Shown: piece by piece, positions 57,125 through 64,000 of the stretch
Layout: the number at the start of each line of letters is the position of its first letter
Numbering within the stretch: the stretch's first letter is position 1
Origin: Candidatus Woesearchaeota archaeon CG10_big_fil_rev_8_21_14_0_10_44_13
GTDB lineage: Archaea; Nanobdellota; Nanobdellia; Woesearchaeales; UBA12501
Reading direction: 5' to 3'
DNA length: 64,000 nt
Assembly (NCBI GenBank): GCA_002762985.1
Contig: PCXZ01000030.1
Span: forward strand, 11,692 to 75,691
Translations under genes and position numbers: made by a program
The notes under the pieces: generated by a model
Databases searched by the model: none
What the model was told of the DNA's origin: nothing
What the model saw: the letters and a program-made list of their open reading frames with translations, nothing else

Positions 57125-58018
57125 TCATGATTTGATTCCCATCTGTTTTTTCATGATCTTCAATCCTTCCTCGAATGTATGCATCATTACGCCTTCTCTT
57201 TTTAATTTTTCTGTATTCAGGCTTGAATCAACGGGCCTTTTCGCCGTCTGCTTCAGTTCCGAGGATTTTATCCTCTTAACGAGCCTCCTGTCGAACCCGA
57301 AGACTTCTGCAAGCTTAACAGCCATGTCATATCTTGACAGTTTGTCCGGGCCCGCAACATGATATATGCCTTCACTGCCTTTCTTTATCAAAACGCCCAA
57401 TGCGCCTGCGATATCATCGACTAATGTAGGAGTATTGTACTGGTCATCTACCACTTTTATCTCTTTGCCCTGTTTCAGGCTTGAATATACCCACTGGACA
57501 AAGCTCCTTTCAGAGCCATCGCCATTATACCCGTACAGGACTTCCGGCCTTATCACGAGCCATTTAAGCCCTGATCTCCTTAGAAGCCCTTCTGCCTGCA
57601 GCTTTGTGTTGGCATAATAAGACAAGGGGTCCGGAAGGTCGTCCTCAGCATAATCGCCTTTGCCGCCATTGAAGACAAAATCCGTCGAGATATGGACGAG
57701 CTTCGCCTTTATCCTTGCGCAGCCGTCGATTATATTCTTCGTCCCCATTACATTTATCCTGTTCGCCATCTCCTTGTCAGTCTCGCATCTGTCCACATCT
57801 GTCATTGCAGCTATGTGCAGGACGACATCAGGCTTCACTTTCTGGAAGACGAAATCAACCTCCTCTTTCTTCGTTATGTCCATCTTCAGGTTGCCTTTTG
57901 CACTGCCCCTATCTGTGCCTATGAGCTCAAAATCATCCTTTAATATTTTCATGACTTTTGTGCCGAGGAACCCTGCAGCGCCTGTTACAAGAATTTTCAT
58001 TTTTCTATTATCTCCCAT
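57125..58018 (-). CDS. rmlD: dTDP-4-dehydrorhamnose reductase
   Basis: VTGAAGFLG, AAMTDVDRCE, HISTDFVF, YANTK, VVDDQYNTPT, AKRP. Confidence 0.93.
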   Translation of the reverse strand: MGDNRKMKILVTGAAGFLGTKVMKILKDDFELIGTDRGSAKGNLKMDITKKEEVDFVFQKVKPDVVLHIAAMTDVDRCETDKEMANRINVMGTKNIIDGCARIKAKLVHISTDFVFNGGKGDYAEDDLPDPLSYYANTKLQAEGLLRRSGLKWLVIRPEVLYGYNGDGSERSFVQWVYSSLKQGKEIKVVDDQYNTPTLVDDIAGALGVLIKKGSEGIYHVAGPDKLSRYDMAVKLAEVFGFDRRLVKRIKSSELKQTAKRPVDSSLNTEKLKREGVMMHTFEEGLKIMKKQMGIKS

Positions 58019-58054
58019 AGGTTCAAGCTGGTTTGATGTCCTGTTATGCCCTTA

Positions 58055-59047
58055 TTATTTTATCTGGCCTTTCTTCCTGAGATTATCCTTAAGAGGTTTC
58101 CACCATGCCTCGTTCTTCTTATACCAATCTATCGTCTCTTTTATAGCAGAGCTGAAATCGTGCCTGGGCTTCCATCCTAACTTATTCATCTTGCTGCAAT
58201 CCAGGGAATACCTGAGATCATGGCCGAGCCTGTCCTGCACGAACTCTATTGATGAATCGTCCTTGCCCATCTCCTTGATTATAGTCCTTGTCATCCCGAT
58301 ATTAGGCAGCTCATTGCCTCCTCCGACATTGTACGCTTCCCCTATCTTCCCTTTTTCTGCTGCAAAACCGATGCCTTCGCAGTTGTCGATCACATAGATC
58401 CAGTCCCTGACATTCATGCCAGTGCCGTACACAGGCACTTTTTTCCCCTCGATGAGGTTTGTTATGAAAAGAGGCATCACTTTCTCAGGATATTGGAACG
58501 GGCCGAAGTTGTTAGAGCTCCTTGTTATTATTACTGGCATGCCGTAAGTCTTGAAATATGCCCTTGCCATGAGATCGGCTGCGGCCTTTGATGCAGAGTA
58601 GGGGCTGTTCGGCCTGAATGGGCTCTCTTCAGAGAATGAGCCTTCTCTTATGCTGCCATATACCTCATCTGTCGATATGTGGACGAACTTCTTCACATTG
58701 TTCTTTCTCGCAGACTCCAGCATAGTGTGCGTGCCGATGACATTGGACTTTGTGAAGATGAAAGGGTCTATGATAGAGACATCGACATGGCTCTCTGCTG
58801 CGAAATGGAATACCAGCTCTGCATCCTTCATGGCATCATCAACAGTTTTTCCGTCGCAGATATCCCCTTTTATAAATATGTACCTTCCCTTGTATCTTGT
58901 CTCGACATCCTTGAGGTTCTCTGGATTGCCTGCATAAGTCAGCTTGTCAAGATTGGTGATGCTCCAGTCCTTGTGCTTCTCAAGCATGAGCCTTATGAAA
59001 TTAGAGCCTATGAATCCTGAGCCTCCTGTGACAAGCACTTTCATCAT
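58055..59047 (-). CDS. rmlB: dTDP-glucose 4,6-dehydratase
   Basis: VTGGSGFIGSNF, LDKLTYAGN, FAAESHVD, ISTDEVYG, PNSPYSASK, DRLGHDLRY. Confidence 0.96.
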   Translation of the reverse strand: MMKVLVTGGSGFIGSNFIRLMLEKHKDWSITNLDKLTYAGNPENLKDVETRYKGRYIFIKGDICDGKTVDDAMKDAELVFHFAAESHVDVSIIDPFIFTKSNVIGTHTMLESARKNNVKKFVHISTDEVYGSIREGSFSEESPFRPNSPYSASKAAADLMARAYFKTYGMPVIITRSSNNFGPFQYPEKVMPLFITNLIEGKKVPVYGTGMNVRDWIYVIDNCEGIGFAAEKGKIGEAYNVGGGNELPNIGMTRTIIKEMGKDDSSIEFVQDRLGHDLRYSLDCSKMNKLGWKPRHDFSSAIKETIDWYKKNEAWWKPLKDNLRKKGQIK

Positions 59048-59140
59048 TTCACCTTCCGGGTATGGTTTATGTCTGCCATGTTTATATCTGATATTTATAT
59101 TGACAGCCTTGCGGTTTTATGCCTGAAACATATTATCATA

Positions 59141-59623
59141 TTATCTTATCATGAATCTTGGATCGGGATCATCCTCATGCCTTATCTCATCTATCTCCTC
59201 TTTCCTGCCCTCTCCTTTGTAAAGCCTGTCAGGAAGATTTATTGAAAAGCTGCCGTTCCTGCTTATAGATTTATAGCCATGGACCACTCCCGGCGGGACA
59301 ATGACGCTCACTTTGTTGCTCTCGCCCGCAGTAATCCTCATGCTCCTGCCGAATGTCACAGAATTTTTCCTGTTGTCCCAAAGATAAAGCTCGAAATCGC
59401 CTGGGCCTGTGAAAACGAAAAAATCAGTCTGCTTCTTATGCTCATGAGGGCCCCTGACTGCATTGAAATTAGTATGTGAGATGTAGCACATTGACGGCTT
59501 GATGCCCTTGTCTTCATCCTTCCTGTAAATCTCGCTAAGCCAACCTCTGCTGTCTTCAAATCTCGCCAGCTTCCTTATGACAACCCCTTTTATGGGGCTT
59601 TCCTTATCCTGCTTATCAGCCAT
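59141..59623 (-). CDS. rmlC: dTDP-4-dehydrorhamnose 3,5-epimerase (cupin)
   Basis: FEDSRGWLSE, RGPHEH, VPPGVVHGY; first gene of the rmlCBDA operon. Confidence 0.88.
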   Translation of the reverse strand: MADKQDKESPIKGVVIRKLARFEDSRGWLSEIYRKDEDKGIKPSMCYISHTNFNAVRGPHEHKKQTDFFVFTGPGDFELYLWDNRKNSVTFGRSMRITAGESNKVSVIVPPGVVHGYKSISRNGSFSINLPDRLYKGEGRKEEIDEIRHEDDPDPRFMIR

Positions 59624-59756
59624 TAAAACACCTTTTAAGACCTTTTAAGCCCTCAAACCTCATTTGCCTAAAATCACAATATATATAAATGTATTGCTTT
59701 TAAAAAGGCATATACTTTTGGATAATTTGACGGGATATCAGGAGATAAGGGATAAT

Positions 59757-60890
59757 ATGAGAATCTGCTATTTTGGGACATATGAGAAGGATTATCCTAG
59801 GAACAGGGTCCTGATAGAAGGCCTGAAGAAGGCAGGTGTTGAGGTAATAGAATGCCATGTCCCATTGTGGGAGAAGAAAAGGGACAAGACAAGATGGGGC
59901 TTTTTTGAAAAGATAGGGGTCATGGCAAGACTTCCCTCGGTTTATATCAAGCTTAATTCTGATCTCAAAAAACTTGAGAAGAAAGGCAGTTTTGACTGCA
60001 TCATCATAGGTTACATAGGCCAGCTTGACATGATCGCTGCGCATTTCGCAGCAGGACGCAGCAGGACAAAGCTGATATTCAATCCCATGATCTCGCTTTA
60101 TGACACTCTTGTTAATGACAGGAAGATGTTCAAGGACCCGATAACAAGAAGATTATTGCATTGGCTGGACTGGAAGTCATGCAGCTATGCCGACCTTGTC
60201 GTGCTTGACACAGAAGAGCATGCCAGATATTTCAGGAAAGAGTTCGGGATCAGGAATGTCGGCGTGCTTTACATCGGCGCAGATGAAATGTTCAGGCCTT
60301 CTGCAAGGGATAAAAAAGAGAAGGATATCTTCAATGTGCTTTTCTACGGCAAATACACCCCTTTGCACGGCACTGAATACATAATAAAGAGCGCAAAGCT
60401 TCTTGAGAAGCATGATGACATGAGGTTTGAGATAATAGGGACCGGCCAGACATACAGGCATGATATGGAAACTGCAAAAAAGCTCGGCATAAGGAATGTG
60501 AGATTCACTGACTGGGTTGATTATAAAAAACTGCCGGGCAAGATAGCAGAAGCTGATGTCTGCCTGGGAGGCCATTTCGGGCAGGGGGAGAAAGCGCTGA
60601 GGGTTGTCCCTAACAAAGTCTTCCAGATAATAGCCATGGCAAAGCCTGCGGTAGTCAATGGTGGCGATGCGATGAGGGAAGCAGGGTTCTCTGACGGAAA
60701 AAACTGCGTTTTTGCAAGGCCTGCTGATCCAGGATCCATCTCCCGGGCGATATTGAAGCTTAAGGATGATGACGAGCTGAAGGACAGGATTGCTGCAGGG
60801 GGCTATGAGTTATACAGAAAGAATTTCTCTCCTGAAAAGATAGCCAAAAAGCTTCTTGATGACATAAAGAAGATGGGGAATGGGAGATGA
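59757..60890 (+). CDS. GT4 glycosyltransferase
   Basis: Likely start MRICYFGTY; YPRNRV, FYGKYTPLHG, VPNKVFQ. Confidence 0.87.
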   Translation: MRICYFGTYEKDYPRNRVLIEGLKKAGVEVIECHVPLWEKKRDKTRWGFFEKIGVMARLPSVYIKLNSDLKKLEKKGSFDCIIIGYIGQLDMIAAHFAAGRSRTKLIFNPMISLYDTLVNDRKMFKDPITRRLLHWLDWKSCSYADLVVLDTEEHARYFRKEFGIRNVGVLYIGADEMFRPSARDKKEKDIFNVLFYGKYTPLHGTEYIIKSAKLLEKHDDMRFEIIGTGQTYRHDMETAKKLGIRNVRFTDWVDYKKLPGKIAEADVCLGGHFGQGEKALRVVPNKVFQIIAMAKPAVVNGGDAMREAGFSDGKNCVFARPADPGSISRAILKLKDDDELKDRIAAGGYELYRKNFSPEKIAKKLLDDIKKMGNGR

Positions 60891-61918
60891 GCGCTGAAAC
60901 TGCAGTAATAATCGTGAACTGGAACGGAAAGCATCTTCTAGGGCCCTGCCTTAAATCGCTCAGGCAGCAGACATACAGGGATTTCTCGGTTTTTGTCGTC
61001 GATAATAACTCAGATGACGGCTCTGCTGATTTTGTCATGAAAGATTTCCCAGAGACAAGGGTTATAGCGCTCAAGAAGAACACGGGATTCACAGGAGGCA
61101 ATAATGCGGGCTTCAGGGAAACTGCAAAGGAAAGGAGGATAAAGTATATCGTGACATTGAACAATGATACTGTTGTTGACAGGAGATGGCTTGAAAACCT
61201 TGTCAAAGCCGCAAGATCAGACCGGAAGATAGGATCATGCTCTTCTAAAGTTCTTTACCTCCATGACAAGGATATCATAGACACAGCAGGCATTGCAATC
61301 TACCAGGATGGGCATGCGCAGAGCAGGCACGGCCTTGAAAAATCCTCGGCCTGCACTAAAAAAGAGGAGATTTTCGGGGCTTCTGCAGTTGCTGCATTAT
61401 ACAAGATGGAAGCCATCAGGAAGACGGGATTTTTTGATGGCATGTTCTACATGTACCAGGAGGAAGTGGACCTTGCATGGCGCCTGAGGTATGCCGGCTA
61501 TAAATCGATATTTGTGCCTTCTGCAGTCGTATATCATGCGCACTCTGCATCAAGCAAGCCTTTCTCTCCATTGAAGGCATATTATTCAGAGCGCAACAGG
61601 ATATGGCTTGTGTTCAAGAACTTCCCATGCCTCATGCTGCTCAGATCCCCTTATTATACTATAAAGAGGTATATCGCGCTGTCAAAAGGTGCCAGGGAGA
61701 AGAGAGGCGCTGCAGGCGAATTCGTAAAGAGATATTCATCATTCAGGATTTTCACTGTTTTGGCCAAAGCATATTTTATAGGTATCCTGGGAATACCCCT
61801 GTTTGTTCCGAAAAGAATAAAAATACAGATGATGAGGATAAGGAATAGCATAGATGCGAATGCGTTTTTCAGGAGATTTTCAACAGATGCTGAAAAGCTT
61901 GCGCTTATCAGGAAATAG
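60887..61918 (+). CDS. GT2 glycosyltransferase
   Basis: IIVNWNG, VDNNSDDGS, NTGFTGGNN, LNNDT, YQEEVDLAWR, VYH. Confidence 0.9.
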   Translation: MSAETAVIIVNWNGKHLLGPCLKSLRQQTYRDFSVFVVDNNSDDGSADFVMKDFPETRVIALKKNTGFTGGNNAGFRETAKERRIKYIVTLNNDTVVDRRWLENLVKAARSDRKIGSCSSKVLYLHDKDIIDTAGIAIYQDGHAQSRHGLEKSSACTKKEEIFGASAVAALYKMEAIRKTGFFDGMFYMYQEEVDLAWRLRYAGYKSIFVPSAVVYHAHSASSKPFSPLKAYYSERNRIWLVFKNFPCLMLLRSPYYTIKRYIALSKGAREKRGAAGEFVKRYSSFRIFTVLAKAYFIGILGIPLFVPKRIKIQMMRIRNSIDANAFFRRFSTDAEKLALIRK

Positions 61919-61934
61919 ATGCGAGGATGAGAAT

Positions 61935-62486
61935 ATGGGCGATAAGAAGGAGATGAGGCTGGATATCGGATGCGGAGCGACAAAGAAAGAAGGCTACATA
62001 GGGATAGATGTAGTGGATCATTCGAAGCTGTACAAGAAAGGCGAGTTCATAAAGGCAGACATAGACAAGAAAGGCATACCTTTCCCGAGCAACAGCATAG
62101 ACAGGGTGTTCAGCAGGGAATCGCTGGAACATTTCAGGAACTTCGATTTTGTCATGGGAGAGATAGTGAGAGTATGCAGGAACAATGCCAAAGTCGAGAT
62201 AATAGTGCCGCATAATGTTTCTGAGAGCGCTTTCTATGAGAAGCACCACACATTCTTCAGGAGCAAGAGCTTCAGGGGCGAATATGAGAAGGATTTCCTG
62301 CCCTATGAAGTGGAAAAAGTGAGGATATTGTTCTGGAAGAAGCCGTTCATGCTGTTCTTCTGCAATTACTTCTTTGAATGGCTCTTCAACCTGCATCCGC
62401 TGATATTCGATTTCTACCATAAGACCGGCCTGAGATACATCTTCCCGGCGTGGTGGCTCCATTTCAGGCTGAGGATAAGGAAATGA
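61935..62486 (+). CDS. Class I SAM-dependent methyltransferase (short)
   Basis: Likely start MGDKK; LDIGCG, IGID, SLEHF, RVCR, IIVPH. Confidence 0.82.
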   Translation: MGDKKEMRLDIGCGATKKEGYIGIDVVDHSKLYKKGEFIKADIDKKGIPFPSNSIDRVFSRESLEHFRNFDFVMGEIVRVCRNNAKVEIIVPHNVSESAFYEKHHTFFRSKSFRGEYEKDFLPYEVEKVRILFWKKPFMLFFCNYFFEWLFNLHPLIFDFYHKTGLRYIFPAWWLHFRLRIRK

Positions 62487-63409
62487 AAGAAAGGCTCAAA
62501 AGGACAGGAAGGATTGTCGTATCTAAAGGTAAATTCGTCCTCATGCTTGCAGGCATACTCATACTCGGGCTGCTGATAAAAAAAGTGGGGGTCAGGGAAT
62601 TGTGGGACATAATAAGGGGAATGAATCCTTTCTATGTCATGCTTGCTGTCGTGCCCTGGGTGCTGACTTTATTTTCAGGCGCATACAGGCTCAAGCACAT
62701 AGTTGATTCTGACTTAAGCTTCTTCGAGGTCTTCAGGATCTACATCTACGGCTATCTCCTCAATTACGCCTCCCCTATCCAGGGCTTCGGTGCAGGGGCT
62801 AAGATAGCCATGCTGAAGATGAAGAAGATAAAGATATCAAGGTCCTCTGCGAGCGTCAGCTCTGAGATAGCTTATGATATCATACTGACGCTTGTGATAG
62901 CCTCTGTATTCTTCCTTTACCACATCAATTTCGTGGTAACCCAGCTTGATGGCATGCTGAACACGAAGCTTTTCATCGCAGCAGGCGTGATTGTTGTTTT
63001 CGTGCTTGTGATGATGTGGTTCTTCAGGAAGAACGATTTTGTCAGGGAATTCTTCAGCCATCTCAGGGAGACTTTCAGGCTGAGAAGAGTGCGTTATATA
63101 GCTCCTGCGACATTCTTCAGCTGGATACTTCCTGCAATCACGATATACCTGTTCTTTGTCGCTGCGGGCATTAAGGTGAGTTTCTGGGTGGTATTGGGCT
63201 CCATATGCATAGGGTTCATACTCGGGCTGGCAAGCTTCATCCCCGGCGGTCTTGGGATAAGGGATGCCATCACTGCATACATATATTCCATATCAGGTGC
63301 GCCATTGGAAACGACGATATCGATAGCGATATTCAACAGGTTCTTCACGATAGGAACGGTGCTGCTGATGGTGCTTGGGATAAAGGTGAAGGAGTGGAGA
63401 CGGGGTTGA
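62483..63409 (+). CDS. UPF0104 / lysylphosphatidylglycerol synthase TM domain protein (AglD2-like putative flippase)
   Basis: About 8 TM segments; LNYASP, GAGAK, LASFIPGGLGIRD, NRFFT. Confidence 0.85.
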   Translation: MKERLKRTGRIVVSKGKFVLMLAGILILGLLIKKVGVRELWDIIRGMNPFYVMLAVVPWVLTLFSGAYRLKHIVDSDLSFFEVFRIYIYGYLLNYASPIQGFGAGAKIAMLKMKKIKISRSSASVSSEIAYDIILTLVIASVFFLYHINFVVTQLDGMLNTKLFIAAGVIVVFVLVMMWFFRKNDFVREFFSHLRETFRLRRVRYIAPATFFSWILPAITIYLFFVAAGIKVSFWVVLGSICIGFILGLASFIPGGLGIRDAITAYIYSISGAPLETTISIAIFNRFFTIGTVLLMVLGIKVKEWRRG

Positions 63410-63640
63410 GAAGGCAAAGAGGCCAAGAAGATAGAAACAGTAGGGATTTTGGATAAGCCAGAATATGCGACTTATGAAAGCCAAGAGGGGCTGAAAGAGA
63501 GGATTATGAAGTTGACGGTTGCTGAGGCGAGGAAAAGAGGTATTGCGAAGAGTACGCTGTTTTGTATGAAGAAAAGGATAGGAGAAGGGAAGCGGATTGT
63601 GCTTAGGGGGAAGACGAGGGGGAGGGTTGGATTGGGATAA
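63410..63640 (+). pseudogene. Fragment resembling the C-terminal HTH tail of casposon-type PolB or Cas1-solo proteins
   Basis: Open frame from just after the upstream stop: EGKEAKKIETVGILDKPEYATY...LKERIMKLTVAEARKRGIAKSTLFCMKKRI. No ATG or SD. The resemblance is from memory of these families. Confidence 0.4.
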
Positions 63641-63802
63641 GGGAATCCGAGTCTAAAGAAAACACTTAATTAAATTGATACTGTTACAGAAACCTTTTTA
63701 GAAATATGGATTTTATTTATAAATACAGTCTTCTTTTTAAGAGTTACAAAAATAGATGATTTTGTAATAAACTTTATATAATGTTGAGATAAACAACTAG
63801 GT

Positions 63803-64000
63803 ATGAACTTAAGAATTATAAACGGAATAACTATTATTTTGATTATGTTCTCAGGTATATTCTTATTTGTTCCCCTTAATCCCACAAATGAAGAATTATC
63901 TCTAAGTGTTACCTATTCAATGGATGATTATTTCAATATTTTGTCATCAGAAGTATGGATTGAACAAAATAAACTCAAACTATTAACTCGTTTAGAAAAA
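63803..64000 (+). CDS. Hypothetical protein with N-terminal signal/TM segment (runs off the right edge)
   Basis: Translated by hand: MNLRIINGITIILIMFSGIFLFVPLNPTNEELSLSV..., open to the window end; TTTATATA and AGGT upstream; very AT-rich. Confidence 0.55.
   Translation, partial: MNLRIINGITIILIMFSGIFLFVPLNPTNEELSLSVTYSMDDYFNILSSEVWIEQNKLKLLTRLEK

Noticed and set aside
57660-58397. 245-aa plus-strand ORF
   Set aside because: Antisense shadow across rmlD and rmlB.
59628-59650. Short tandem CCTTTTAAG repeat upstream of rmlC
   Set aside because: Only two copies in AT-rich intergenic DNA; plausible by chance.
63670-63885. 71-aa minus-strand ORF
   Set aside because: Overlaps a better plus-strand ORF starting at 63803 that has TATA, SD and a signal-like N-terminus.

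Overview
Archaeal genomic DNA, most likely DPANN (Woesearchaeota-like). The evidence is two AglB/STT3 oligosaccharyltransferases, a GPT/AglH-type initiating transferase, a geranylgeranyl reductase, BRE-TATA promoters and an S-layer-like gene; the lineage call is inference. Almost the whole window is devoted to cell-surface glycosylation. A lower-GC block (~366-36160) carries a divergent second AglB, a complete ADP-L-glycero-D-manno-heptose pathway (gmhA-hldE-hldD-gmhB), a GT9 heptosyltransferase, WaaE-like GT2s, a WaaL/Wzy-like ligase, Wzx and MurJ flippases, four cobalamin-dependent radical SAM enzymes, five class I methyltransferases and two O-carbamoyltransferases. A fifth, partial cobalamin radical SAM gene lies at the left edge. 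No lipid A or Kdo genes are present. The higher-GC right part holds GDP-6-deoxyhexose and dTDP-L-rhamnose pathways, the canonical AglB, an S-layer-like protein, a 1209-aa repeat-rich surface protein, an unexplained 929-aa protein, further glycosyltransferases and a possible casposon-like HTH remnant. No tRNA, rRNA or CRISPR array was seen. All calls come from reading motifs by eye; no database searches were run.
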